Positions 1-9,889 of a DNA stretch of 64,000 bases are shown piece by piece. Positions within the stretch are counted from its first letter, which is position 1, and the number at the start of each line of letters is the position of its first letter. This stretch comes from a virus (Duplodnaviria; Caudoviricetes). A program made the translations under genes and the position numbers. The stretch lies in the IMG/VR virus record IMGVR_UViG_3300021400_000063. The stretch is one strand, 5' to 3'. Under the pieces are notes generated by a model, which searched no databases, had not been told where the DNA came from, and saw only the letters and a program-made list of their open reading frames with translations.

Positions 1-170
1 AGTTGATTATATGTTTCAGCAAAATTTACAAGGTTTTCTGTAGAAGCTATTTCAAGACTCATAGAATCAAAATCGCCATCGAAATTTGTTTTCTTAGTAT
101 TGAAAAGAGAATCTGAGAAGCCTAAACCATTACTGATAATGGCTTCCATTCCAAATTCGTTATTTTCCAT
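1..170 (-). CDS. Partial (runs off left edge) probable internal head protein
   Basis: ATG at 170 with AAGGAG RBS. MENNEFGMEAIIS...SLEIASTENL contains GME/SLE/STE motifs like neighbouring head proteins. Late-type promoter at 247-260. Confidence 0.6.
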   Translation of the reverse strand, partial: MENNEFGMEAIISNGLGFSDSLFNTKKTNFDGDFDSMSLEIASTENLVNFAETYNQ

Positions 171-246
171 GAGAATATTCTCCTTATAATAAATAGATAT
201 CTATAATTGTTAGAATAAGACAATGAGCTCGAGACTTATACTAACA

Positions 247-260
247 TATATTTAATTGTT
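247..260 (-). promoter_or_regulatory. Late-type promoter AACA-N6-TATA
   Basis: AACA ATTAAA TATA, one of 19 copies upstream of late genes or RNAs. Confidence 0.6.
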
Positions 261-1698
261 AATTTTTAAGGCTTTCGTCACCTTCTTCATAAAGATCTTC
301 TACAGGTTTAGTAATATTAGAGATAACATCACCATCTTTACCAGTTAAATCTTTAGATTTCTGATTACGATTAGAATTATAAGTTCCTGTATCAGTTACA
401 ATAACTGTATTCTTACCATTCTGAATAGGTTTCATTTCATCAGAAGCACCGATTAATTGATTAATACCATAATCCATAATAGAATACATAGTAAGAAGGT
501 TTCCAATAATTCCTTGACGTAATGCAACGAACTTTGTTTTTACAGATTTAATACTAACCATCATATTAGTAAATCTTTTAAATTTACCAATAATTTGTGG
601 GTTTTCAGCATAAGTAACAAGTTGACTATTAATATAGTCAGAAATTTCTTTAATTACTTTAGAATCCTTAGCAGCAATATCTTTGTACTTTTTAAGAATT
701 TCAGTAAGAACGTCAATATATCCACCCTTACCAATAATTTTTCTTGAATCATCAAGATACATTCTTAAAAGTTTAGTAACACTTGCTGAAGAATTTCTAT
801 CAATTCCTAAAAATTCTGTTGTAGGAATTGAAATATTTGAAATTTCAGCTGAACCATAAATCATCAAATCTGCAATAACTTTAGGTTTATTACCATTTTT
901 AATGAGTTCAATATATTTATTGGTGTTAGCATTAAAGTTTGCTGAAACTTCTCCAGCAATAATTCCTTGTGCAGCTAATATTCCAACGTTTTGTTCAAGT
1001 GTTACTAAAGATTCTTCAGAACTTTCCTTAGCAAGATCACTAGTAGCAAATTGTTTAAGTGTATCCAAGTTGAATAAAGATTTTTTATTCTGTAAAATAA
1101 TCTTATTATCATAAATGAACCAATGAAGATTAGCATCATTGATTCTAGCATGGATATCACTGAATGTCATGCCTTTACCAGATCCACCAATATCTTTTGT
1201 TTTTACAGAATAATAATTAGGATCTGAAGCCAATGTTCCAAAACGATCATCAGCATGAGTATGGAAACCATTAGAATTACTGAAGTACATATCATTAATT
1301 CTTTTATAAATAGATTGACTTACTGTACGTTTCTTCTGAATATACAAAATAAGCGCTTTAATCATATTTACAATCGAATATGTGATATTTTGGAAAATAC
1401 TTACGATAAATGCCCAAACTTTAGTAAACCATAATTTTACATTAGCACCAAATGAAATTTTCATCTCATCCTGTTCTTCAGCTTCTGTAGAATTAGCATA
1501 TTTACCTTTCAACATTTTAGCAGTTGTTTCATAATCAGCAGTAACTTTAAAAATATCTTTATCAAGTGAATCACACTTTAAAAGATTTTCAACAGATTCT
1601 CCAAAATAAGATTCATAACTTAAATTGAAGATTTTCTGTTTTTCATTATCAGAGAGTTCTTCTCTACGAAGTTTTTCTATAGAATGTAAATCTGTCAT
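259..1698 (-). CDS. phiKZ-like internal head protein (479 aa)
   Basis: N-terminal SIE/SYE/SVE/STE motifs followed by amphipathic helix KLWFTKVWAFIVSIFQNI, typical of jumbo-phage inner-head paralogues. AAGGAG RBS. Confidence 0.6.
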   Translation of the reverse strand: MTDLHSIEKLRREELSDNEKQKIFNLSYESYFGESVENLLKCDSLDKDIFKVTADYETTAKMLKGKYANSTEAEEQDEMKISFGANVKLWFTKVWAFIVSIFQNITYSIVNMIKALILYIQKKRTVSQSIYKRINDMYFSNSNGFHTHADDRFGTLASDPNYYSVKTKDIGGSGKGMTFSDIHARINDANLHWFIYDNKIILQNKKSLFNLDTLKQFATSDLAKESSEESLVTLEQNVGILAAQGIIAGEVSANFNANTNKYIELIKNGNKPKVIADLMIYGSAEISNISIPTTEFLGIDRNSSASVTKLLRMYLDDSRKIIGKGGYIDVLTEILKKYKDIAAKDSKVIKEISDYINSQLVTYAENPQIIGKFKRFTNMMVSIKSVKTKFVALRQGIIGNLLTMYSIMDYGINQLIGASDEMKPIQNGKNTVIVTDTGTYNSNRNQKSKDLTGKDGDVISNITKPVEDLYEEGDESLKN

Positions 1699-1712
1699 AG
1701 ATTTATATCTCC

Positions 1713-3308
1713 TTAATTTATCTTGATAGGTTCAATATCGATACGTGGATCTTTCCAATCACTATCAACATTACCTTCAACTTCATTATATTTACCAGAA
1801 TTGTAATATTCTACAAGTTCTGACAATTTCATAGGTTTACCATAAAGACCATAATATGAATCCAAATGGTTTTTAGCATCCATGTTGTAATATTTTTTAC
1901 TTCCATGGATATGACCATGTATATTTAAAATTCCAGGATACTTAGTCATAACTTGAGGTTCATGAGAGAATAAATATTTCTTACCAAGTAATGGTCGTTC
2001 ATATACTTCTTCAAAACCCATTTTAAGATACATATCCTTAGTTCCTGAATCATTATTACCCATAATCATAATTTTATGACCATTAAGCTTTTTAACAAGA
2101 TTAGAAACCATTTTGATATACTTAATAATATTCATATCAAAATACTCTTCTTCAGTTATATCACCTTCAAATAAAACTAGATCATTAGGTTTTATAACAC
2201 TATTATGCATTTTGATAATATTTTCAGTTCTTGTTGTATCTGTAGATCCATGTTTAAATTCTTTCAATAAATGATAGTCTGTCACAATCCAAGGATCTTT
2301 CTCTTCAAGATTATCAATTAAAAAACCTGGTACGGGTTTATTTAATCCTGTAGGTTCTATTTTATTCATAATAGCTTGAATATCTTCACTTACATTTAAA
2401 ACTATTCTAAAGAAAGCAGATAATAATGAAAAAATAAATTTTACAAACACACATGCGTATTCAGCATTAGGTGTATTAGTAACAGATTTTATTTTAATAG
2501 TAGAAATCATATTACCAATATTATGATTACATTCTTTCCAATTACTAATAACATTATCAGGATTAGCAAGAATAGAAATCAAAGGTACTTCTTTTTCATT
2601 TATAATTAATCCACTGTATTTCTCAAGTCTAGTAGTTATATAAGCTACAGAATATTTTTCAAGATTTGTAAAGAAACTGTGCATATCTTTATTATTCAGA
2701 TATTCATACATTTCTTTAGTAAATAACCAAGATGTATCTAAATTGTCGAAAAAATTCAAATAAGTATCGAATTTTTCTAGATTTAATTCAGATAATCCGT
2801 TAAAAACTTGGTCACATACTTTAAGTAATGCTCCAATATTACTACCTGTATTATTATACAGATAATGTGTACAAATAGTCGATTTTAAGTTCTTTATAAC
2901 TTTATTGAAAATAGAATTTACAACTTCTTTATCTTTAAATTCTAAAGATTTATCAATCTTTTTTAATTCATTTTGACAAATACTAATGTGATTATTAACA
3001 GTATTAATAAGTTGAATGATTTCTTGTTGATATTTTTCATCATTGAATCCATTAATAATTTCATCCTCAACTGAAAATTCATATGATTCCATACCTTCAG
3101 CTATTCCATTTCCTGTAGGATCTGGATTTATATAATCAGGATCAGGTTTCATAACTATGGAAATCATTTTTTCTTCAGTCTTTTTAATATCATCATTAAT
3201 GTTTTCTCTAAGATGTTTTATTTCTTCTTTCGTCGCTTGACGATTATTAACTCTCGGTAATGTGAATTCCATACCGATTTGTGTTAGTTCATCAAAGTTC
3301 GGTTCCAT
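1713..3308 (-). CDS. Calcineurin-like metallophosphoesterase with long N-terminal domain, probably virion-packaged
   Basis: Motifs TDYH, GDI, GNND, SHEP, HGHIH. Start moved from 3407 to 3308 (or 3320) because a terminator (3367-3394) and late promoter (3328-3341) lie inside the longer ORF. GME/SYE/SVE sites in the N-terminus. Confidence 0.75.
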   Translation of the reverse strand: MEPNFDELTQIGMEFTLPRVNNRQATKEEIKHLRENINDDIKKTEEKMISIVMKPDPDYINPDPTGNGIAEGMESYEFSVEDEIINGFNDEKYQQEIIQLINTVNNHISICQNELKKIDKSLEFKDKEVVNSIFNKVIKNLKSTICTHYLYNNTGSNIGALLKVCDQVFNGLSELNLEKFDTYLNFFDNLDTSWLFTKEMYEYLNNKDMHSFFTNLEKYSVAYITTRLEKYSGLIINEKEVPLISILANPDNVISNWKECNHNIGNMISTIKIKSVTNTPNAEYACVFVKFIFSLLSAFFRIVLNVSEDIQAIMNKIEPTGLNKPVPGFLIDNLEEKDPWIVTDYHLLKEFKHGSTDTTRTENIIKMHNSVIKPNDLVLFEGDITEEEYFDMNIIKYIKMVSNLVKKLNGHKIMIMGNNDSGTKDMYLKMGFEEVYERPLLGKKYLFSHEPQVMTKYPGILNIHGHIHGSKKYYNMDAKNHLDSYYGLYGKPMKLSELVEYYNSGKYNEVEGNVDSDWKDPRIDIEPIKIN

Positions 3309-3327
3309 ATTTTTCACCATATTAAGA

Positions 3328-3341
3328 TATATAATAATGTT
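3328..3341 (-). promoter_or_regulatory. Late-type promoter
   Basis: AACA TTATTA TATA. Confidence 0.65.
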
Positions 3342-3366
3342 TTCGAATAGAAGGCGAAAATAAATA

Positions 3367-3394
3367 TAAAGATGGACCCGAAGGTCCATCTTTA
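3367..3394 (-). terminator. Intrinsic terminator, C(UUCG)G loop
   Basis: TAAAGATGGACC-TTCG-GGTCCATCTTTA on the minus strand. Confidence 0.8.
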
Positions 3395-3419
3395 CTACAT
3401 AATCCAATCAGATTATCAA

Positions 3420-4760
3420 TTAGTTAAAATCAAAAAGTGATTCTACTGACTGATAAGATTCTGTTGCCTTAGCTTTAGCAGCTTTAGCTGGACCACCCTT
3501 TACTTCAGCAATAACAGCCTTAAGAGCGTTATGAGCTGAACGGCGATAGCGGAGTGCTGCAGATTCAACTTCAAGCAAGATAGAGTTCATGTATGAGTTG
3601 TAGCGACAACGTGTGTTACAGAGCTGTGATGTAAGCTGTGAAAGTGAAGAAATCTTAGCGTTCTCTTTACCTGTTTTAGCAACAGCGCGATCAAAAGCTG
3701 CAGCAACTTTGTCAATAGCCTTTGTATACTGTGTGAAAGTTTTCATGCTTTCGTTACAGAGAGTTACATAAGACTTAACATTGTCTGCCATCCATGAATC
3801 TGAAAGAATTGAGAAGTCACCAGAAAGTGAGCAAAGTTTAGAAACAGCGATATCTTTTACAGTATCACCCTTAGCGAGTTTACCGTAAACTACAGAATGT
3901 GCATTCTGTTTTCCTTCCTGAGCTCTACCGAAAGCACTTGTAGTTACATCTTCAAGTTCTTTATTGATAGAATCGATCATCTTCTGGAATACTGTGCGGA
4001 ATCCTTTGAAGTTAGATTCAGCAGAGCTTCCCAAATGTAAGCCAGCATTAGCTTCTGAGAAGATCTTTCCAAACTTAGTAGGATCAGTAAGCAAAGAAGC
4101 ATCCATGTTACCGATCTTTTCAACTGTAGCCATATCAGCTGACTTAGAACGTACAACCTTCATGTATTCACCATTAAACTTAGCGAGAACCTTAGAGAAT
4201 TCACTTGCAGGTACCCATTCAATAGATTTTACAGTTGACTTAGATTTCTTAGCAACAGCACCAAGAGTAGCTTTGTTAGCTTTGTAATAGTTGTAATCCT
4301 TAACCTGAGCTTTTGTGAAAGCTGACTGGATCTGGTTTGACAACCATTTGATAGCGTTAGCAATTGCTGCAATTATCTTGCGGCAAGTTGTCTTGATTGC
4401 TTCCCAAACTTTCTTGAAGAATTCTGAAGCTTTTCCTTCAATTGCATACTCCCAAGGATTGAGGTATTCAACTGACTGGAATCCCTCTACTCCTCTGTCT
4501 TTAGCAGTGTTTACAGATTTTGCAATCTTAGCAGCTGTCTGAAGACGATCACTGAGAGCTCCAAGGGTTTTGTTTACGTACATAATATTGCGGTCTGCTG
4601 CGCCTGTATCTGCAATAGCACCTGTGATAAATGCTTCTGTAGATTTAGAAGGATCTGCGAAGATCTTCTTTACATTATTAACACCTTCGATCTTAACAGA
4701 TCTACGTGTTGTTGAAGGCATGATAGCAGATTCGATACTGAATTCGTGGTAATTAGCCAT
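3420..4760 (-). CDS. Abundant phiKZ-like internal head protein
   Basis: Start MANYHEF at 4760 with AAGGAG. SIE/STE/GVE/SVE/AIE sites, then GKASEFFKKVWEAIKTTCRKIIAAI helix. C-terminal ATE/SVE sites. Codon usage resembles the MCP. Confidence 0.7.
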   Translation of the reverse strand: MANYHEFSIESAIMPSTTRRSVKIEGVNNVKKIFADPSKSTEAFITGAIADTGAADRNIMYVNKTLGALSDRLQTAAKIAKSVNTAKDRGVEGFQSVEYLNPWEYAIEGKASEFFKKVWEAIKTTCRKIIAAIANAIKWLSNQIQSAFTKAQVKDYNYYKANKATLGAVAKKSKSTVKSIEWVPASEFSKVLAKFNGEYMKVVRSKSADMATVEKIGNMDASLLTDPTKFGKIFSEANAGLHLGSSAESNFKGFRTVFQKMIDSINKELEDVTTSAFGRAQEGKQNAHSVVYGKLAKGDTVKDIAVSKLCSLSGDFSILSDSWMADNVKSYVTLCNESMKTFTQYTKAIDKVAAAFDRAVAKTGKENAKISSLSQLTSQLCNTRCRYNSYMNSILLEVESAALRYRRSAHNALKAVIAEVKGGPAKAAKAKATESYQSVESLFDFN

Positions 4761-4894
4761 TTTGTTTTTCTCCTTAAGGAAAAAATTATTTAAATTGAGC
4801 ATCGAAGATTGTATTTCTTATTAAACAAAGATTAAGTGGTCTGACGGCTTAATACTAAGTTTTGCGAAACCTGTCATCTTCTTCCGGAAAATAT

Positions 4895-4908
4895 TATATT
4901 CTATTGTT
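4895..4908 (-). promoter_or_regulatory. Late-type promoter
   Basis: AACA ATAGAA TATA. Confidence 0.65.
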
Positions 4909-4922
4909 ACTAATATAAAAAT

Positions 4923-4950
4923 AATGGTAGACACCGAAGTGTCTACCATT
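4923..4950 (-). terminator. Intrinsic terminator, C(UUCG)G loop
   Basis: AATGGTAGACAC-TTCG-GTGTCTACCATT. Confidence 0.8.
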
Positions 4951-4961
4951 TAATATGTAAT

Positions 4962-6440
4962 TTAGAATAAAACTACAGGTTTGTTTGTTGGAACTGGTTC
5001 AGTTTCAATATCTACAGTCGTATCATCAGTAGTAGCTGTACCAGAAAGTTCATCATTAGATGATTCTTCAGCTGATTCCTGATCATAAGCTAATTTATCG
5101 AAATCAACCTTTTCATCTTGACGAATTTCATACATAGTATCTGAACTTGCATCTACTTCAGATTTATAGAACATGTTAGCCCAAGCTGTCATATTCTTAA
5201 TCCAAACTCTCTGTTTCTGGATGATTTTATTTAAACGATCTTTTTCCATTTGAGAAGTTGTAGGTTTATCACGAAGTTCGATGAGATATTCAATGTTAGC
5301 ATTAGTAGTTTCAATCTGTTCTTCAAAGAATGTATTCATTCTTATACGCCAGCTCTTGAAATGATAGATACAAGCACGGATTAATGGAATACCAACCTTA
5401 ATAAATCCAATAATCATACCGACTGCAATAATAGCAGTTTTCCACTTAGCAACAAATGTGATAAATTTATCGTAAAGTGGCTGAGCAATTTGGATAATTT
5501 TATCACCAACTGCTCCTTCTTTAGACTGTGCTACAATATCATTGCAATCTTGATTGAATTCTTCTACAGATTTATCAAGAGCAGAATAATCTGCTTTAGA
5601 AAGCTGATTTATCTGTCTAATACTATATTTAGAAGCTTTGATAATAGTCTGTTTTGTTAAAGTAGGCATACTCTGTTCCATAGCCAGAGCAGCAGCTTTG
5701 ACATTGTCTTGACGAGTTTTCAAAGCTCCTTTAAGTTTAACATCATCATCTGACAATTTATCAAGAATTTTAGCTAATTCAGCATGATACTGAGCATTAA
5801 TAATACAAAGAGCAATAATTGCAATAGTTATAAGTACCAAAATGATTGATACTAAGAACATTCCATATTGAATTGAATCTGATGCAGCAGGTATCTGAGA
5901 TTTATGAAGAAGTTTTGTAAAGAAATTATCAATAAATCCTTCAGTAGATCTTAATTGACCATTTTCTGCGAGATAATTTTCCAAAGATTCAATTGAGAAT
6001 GATTCTCTAGAAAGTTTACTGCTCTTAAAGAACTTAGTCTTCTTCAAACGATTAATTGCTTCTGATGCTTTATTCAATTTAAACATTTCATAAAGATCAC
6101 AATACAATTTAGCAGAAGAATGTTTGAAAGTTTGTGGATTATTTTCGATACAATATTTTAATTCTTCATAAGTGTTCTGAAGAGAATTTCTTACATGAGG
6201 TTTTAACCCATCAAGACTGTAATTAGCAGCTTCGAATTCATCAACAATTGGTCTTAATTCAGATGAAATGATTTTTCCATCTTTGCATTTATTCAATGTA
6301 TGTTCATATTCGATTAAACTTTTTCTAAGTTCATGTTCTTCATCTTTAGAAAGAACTCTAGATTTTGGAATAGCATCAAACATATCCAACTGTTTATCGA
6401 ACTGATCATCATTAAGTTTTAAAATTTCACTTAATTTCAT
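4962..6440 (-). CDS. Head-processed virion protein with two predicted hydrophobic/TM segments
   Basis: ASE/SRE/SIE/SLE/STE/SKE sites. Hydrophobic stretches MFLVSIILVLITIAIIALCII and AIIAVGMIIGFIKVGIPLI. Confidence 0.55.
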   Translation of the reverse strand: MKLSEILKLNDDQFDKQLDMFDAIPKSRVLSKDEEHELRKSLIEYEHTLNKCKDGKIISSELRPIVDEFEAANYSLDGLKPHVRNSLQNTYEELKYCIENNPQTFKHSSAKLYCDLYEMFKLNKASEAINRLKKTKFFKSSKLSRESFSIESLENYLAENGQLRSTEGFIDNFFTKLLHKSQIPAASDSIQYGMFLVSIILVLITIAIIALCIINAQYHAELAKILDKLSDDDVKLKGALKTRQDNVKAAALAMEQSMPTLTKQTIIKASKYSIRQINQLSKADYSALDKSVEEFNQDCNDIVAQSKEGAVGDKIIQIAQPLYDKFITFVAKWKTAIIAVGMIIGFIKVGIPLIRACIYHFKSWRIRMNTFFEEQIETTNANIEYLIELRDKPTTSQMEKDRLNKIIQKQRVWIKNMTAWANMFYKSEVDASSDTMYEIRQDEKVDFDKLAYDQESAEESSNDELSGTATTDDTTVDIETEPVPTNKPVVLF

Positions 6441-6458
6441 ATTTTATCTCCTATTCAA

Positions 6459-7988
6459 TTAATGACGTGCTAACAGACGTGTTGTATTAGCAATAGCTTC
6501 TGCAAGAGATTTATTAGTATTATCACCACCAGCATTATTTCCAAGTTTATCCATAGCAATAATCTGTGGTTCAGATTCTCCAGCATAGAAGAGATAAATA
6601 TAATCCGAAGTAGTGTCAACTACACCAAAACCAAGAAGCATATAAGTATCAATGATTTCATCGATAATTTTTCTTGTTCGATAAATATAAGTCCATTTTT
6701 GATTATAAGCTTCTTCGAGTTCAGCTACTGTACAAATAATAGTACACATAGGAAGATCTTTTTGATTCTTCCCTGCAATAAATTTAGCAAGACGTGGTCT
6801 AGTTTCAGCTATAGATTTAATTCTATAACGATTCTTAGCATCAAGTAAACGTCTAAAAATAGGAACTTTTCCTAATATTTTTTCACGATCGATATCTTCA
6901 TTGATTTCGCTAAGAGAAGCTAACCAATCTTTGAAAAATCCCATCTGACCACTTGTAACTTTGATGAATCTATCAAGTTTTCTATTATTTGTATTAGTCC
7001 TAGATAATACAGTCATAAGATCTATAGAATCTACGAATTGAAGAGATGATTTAATAGCAAGAGGTAACTGAATTGCTCTTTGACCGCCGGCACCATCTGT
7101 GAGATACAATGTAATAGTTACGATTGTAGGACCAACATCCTGAAGCTTTCTAAGAATATCAGCATTATCTCTAGCATTAGCCATAGACATCGAAATTTTT
7201 GATTGCTTCACAATATTAGAGTATTTATCAAAAGCAGCATCGTAATCTGCTTTAGCTTTAGTATAATCTACACCTTCAGCCTTTAATTCATCTGGAGTTT
7301 TTAATTTTTGACCAGTTAATTGGAAATAAAGTTCTTTGAAATTGTCTTCTGTAGGTTCTTTAAAAGTTGCTAATTCAGATTCACCATGATTTGGTGTTGC
7401 TTTACTAAAAAATGTATCATAATCATTACCATTTAAATCAGTAGGATTATTCATTACATTTTCATCATCACCTTCATCATTGAAAGCATTTACAGTTCCG
7501 ATAGCTTCGGTTGACATGGCTACAGAATCCTTATCAGGATCTTCATCTTTATAAGTATGATAAAGCTCTGTTGAGAAATATTTATCCATATATTCTCTAC
7601 CAGCATTAATAAATTCTGTAGTAGCAGGTTCTATTGTACAAGGAACTCCATAAGATTCAAATGAAGTAACCATTGAATTTAAATGGGCTTCAATTGTATC
7701 ACCATGTTTTCTATCTACAATAGGATTTAATCCAGATGCTAAAATTACGAAACGAGCACAATCGAGTTCTACTTGTTTAGCAATAGCAAGAGCCTTTTTA
7801 TAATCAGTAATTTGACTTGAGCAAGCTACAGGATATTCCATAACATATTTTGCAGCTTGAGCAGAAATAGCTTTAGCTTTAGACCAACAAGCTGCAGCTG
7901 TTTTCATATTTTCAGAATCTAAACCTGCATCTTGTTTAATTTTATTTGCAAGTTTAGTAAGTGTAATAACGTCACTTATGAAACCCAT
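6459..7988 (-). CDS. Virion structural (head) protein
   Basis: 509-aa ORF, AAGGAG RBS, late promoter 8024-8037, internal SFE/STE sites, first gene of a head-protein operon. Confidence 0.5.
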   Translation of the reverse strand: MGFISDVITLTKLANKIKQDAGLDSENMKTAAACWSKAKAISAQAAKYVMEYPVACSSQITDYKKALAIAKQVELDCARFVILASGLNPIVDRKHGDTIEAHLNSMVTSFESYGVPCTIEPATTEFINAGREYMDKYFSTELYHTYKDEDPDKDSVAMSTEAIGTVNAFNDEGDDENVMNNPTDLNGNDYDTFFSKATPNHGESELATFKEPTEDNFKELYFQLTGQKLKTPDELKAEGVDYTKAKADYDAAFDKYSNIVKQSKISMSMANARDNADILRKLQDVGPTIVTITLYLTDGAGGQRAIQLPLAIKSSLQFVDSIDLMTVLSRTNTNNRKLDRFIKVTSGQMGFFKDWLASLSEINEDIDREKILGKVPIFRRLLDAKNRYRIKSIAETRPRLAKFIAGKNQKDLPMCTIICTVAELEEAYNQKWTYIYRTRKIIDEIIDTYMLLGFGVVDTTSDYIYLFYAGESEPQIIAMDKLGNNAGGDNTNKSLAEAIANTTRLLARH

Positions 7989-8023
7989 ATATTACTCCTT
8001 AAAGGATATTTTTTTATATTAAG

Positions 8024-8071
8024 TATATTTAATTGTTTTCGTCTAAAAGTAAAAATCGACATTTACATATA
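8024..8071. promoter_or_regulatory. Divergent pair of late-type promoters
   Basis: Minus AACA ATTAAA TATA (8037-8024) and plus GACA TTTACA TATA (8058-8071). Confidence 0.7.
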
Positions 8072-8099
8072 TCTTAGTTAAACGGAGATATTTTTATAA

Positions 8100-9800
8100 A
8101 TGAGTACAGAAAAGAAACCTTTTGAAATAGATTTTCAACGAGAATCTCAAAAAATATTCAAAAATAATGTAAGCGAATATAATACAAATGATATATCTTT
8201 TTTAAGAAGACTTAATAACCTATATGGAGATGCTTTAAACGCTAAAGGTTTAAATGTAGCAGATCCATTTGAAGCAAATATGTTTCATTATAATAAATTA
8301 GGTTTTAAAGGAAATATTGATCAACCTAGAGTTACTAAAACTTATGTATTCTTCACACGTCCTGAATTAAACTTTAGTTTTGAAAACATAAGTTCAGTTC
8401 CATTCTTTAAATGGTTATATGCTCAAGATATTGGTAAAATGATTATGGCATCATTAACTGATCCTGAATATTTTATCAATGCTCCTACAGCATTCAATGC
8501 ATCAAATTTTAATGGTAAAACATTTGAATCGATTTTGAATAATTTCAAAACCAGTATGCAAAATTCTGAAAAAAATATGGCTGGAACTTCACCAGATGAT
8601 GGTTATTCTAAGTACGGATTAAATTCATCAAATGGTCAAGATTTTTCAGGATTAACTGATGATGATTCTGAAGATGTTGAGAATTTACAAGCTATAAACT
8701 TAGATTCCATAGGTATGGATGAAAATGCTTTACAAATTTTGGCAAAAAATTCAGATGCATTAAAATCTCAATATACTAATTTTTATTCGTCAGCATCAAA
8801 GACTCTAGCTACTTCATTGGCTTATGCAAATGGTAGAGATGAAAATGGAACCAATAATAAATATATTCGAACTTTAAGAGAAAATAATTTATTCCAGGCT
8901 AAAACATCTATATTTGGTGGGGACGATTATTTAAACACTACACCTTTTATACCATTGCTTTCTAATATAGTAACTTCTTTAGATGGTGCTAAAGATTTCC
9001 AATTAGATCTTTATAATTACGAAGAAGATGAACACGGAACTTCATTATCTGTAGCAACAGGTATGGATAGTGTTTGGAAAGAAGGAGATTTTACAACATC
9101 AATTGAAGACATCACATATTCTCCAGGTTCATTATTATTCATGGTTTGGTTATTATACATTCACTATGTATCCCGTGGTTACATTATGCCTACTCGAGAG
9201 CATATTACAGAACGTATTCTCGATTACACTTGTTCAGCTTATGTTTTTGTAATTGGTGAAGATGGTCGAAGAATTGAACGTTTTGGTAAATTCACAGGAT
9301 GTTTCCCTACATCATTCCCATTATCACAACAGTTAATTCATAATAATCAGATCGATCCTGATATGCTTCATAAATTTTCAGTAAACTGGCATTTTAATAG
9401 ATACACTCCTATGGATCCTCAGATATTTACAGATTTCAACTTTATTTCTCAAACAGAATGGTTGATAAAACTTAAAGATCCTTTATGGGAAAATCTATAT
9501 ACTAGAGGTTCTGAAAAGAATTTAGGCTCTAATATATATGATACTTCGTCTGCAACCGATAAACAGATAATTGAAAAATCATTTAATAGACCTTCTGGAT
9601 TATGGGATCTTGTAAAGAAACCAGGTATGTCTGGTAAATTACCACCTAGTTTATATCCTGATTCTAGACGTCCTAATAACTTCTGGGGAGGTTATCCATT
9701 TATCTATAAAGGTCGAGAATTTTTATGGGTTCAACCTTCTTATAATACAACAAATTTGGATTTATCAGCAGAAGTGTCTCCTGAAGTTGAAAAAGCGTAA
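8100..9800 (+). CDS. Baseplate/tail-tube-initiator-like virion protein
   Basis: YVFFTRPELN and DYTCSAYVF...GCFPTSFP motifs seen in jumbo-phage tube-fold baseplate proteins. Late promoter 8058-8071. Confidence 0.55.
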   Translation: MSTEKKPFEIDFQRESQKIFKNNVSEYNTNDISFLRRLNNLYGDALNAKGLNVADPFEANMFHYNKLGFKGNIDQPRVTKTYVFFTRPELNFSFENISSVPFFKWLYAQDIGKMIMASLTDPEYFINAPTAFNASNFNGKTFESILNNFKTSMQNSEKNMAGTSPDDGYSKYGLNSSNGQDFSGLTDDDSEDVENLQAINLDSIGMDENALQILAKNSDALKSQYTNFYSSASKTLATSLAYANGRDENGTNNKYIRTLRENNLFQAKTSIFGGDDYLNTTPFIPLLSNIVTSLDGAKDFQLDLYNYEEDEHGTSLSVATGMDSVWKEGDFTTSIEDITYSPGSLLFMVWLLYIHYVSRGYIMPTREHITERILDYTCSAYVFVIGEDGRRIERFGKFTGCFPTSFPLSQQLIHNNQIDPDMLHKFSVNWHFNRYTPMDPQIFTDFNFISQTEWLIKLKDPLWENLYTRGSEKNLGSNIYDTSSATDKQIIEKSFNRPSGLWDLVKKPGMSGKLPPSLYPDSRRPNNFWGGYPFIYKGREFLWVQPSYNTTNLDLSAEVSPEVEKA

Positions 9801-9810
9801 AAATATTAAG

Positions 9811-9838
9811 AAACATTCGGGTTTTTGCCCGAATGTTT
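9811..9838 (+). terminator. Intrinsic terminator
   Basis: AAACATTCGGG/CCCGAATGTTT. Confidence 0.75.
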
Positions 9839-9852
9839 TATATATTACGGTT

Positions 9853-9866
9853 GACATTATTATATA
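9853..9866 (+). promoter_or_regulatory. Late-type promoter
   Basis: GACA TTATTA TATA. Confidence 0.65.
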
Positions 9867-9889
9867 ATTTTTAAGGAGCTGAAATTATT

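Noticed and set aside
3309-3407. N-terminal extension of the phosphoesterase ORF
   Set aside because: Spans a terminator and the gene's own promoter.
9851-9880. TTGACA as a sigma70 -35 box
   Set aside because: No -10 at 16-18 nt spacing. Better explained as GACA-N6-TATA.
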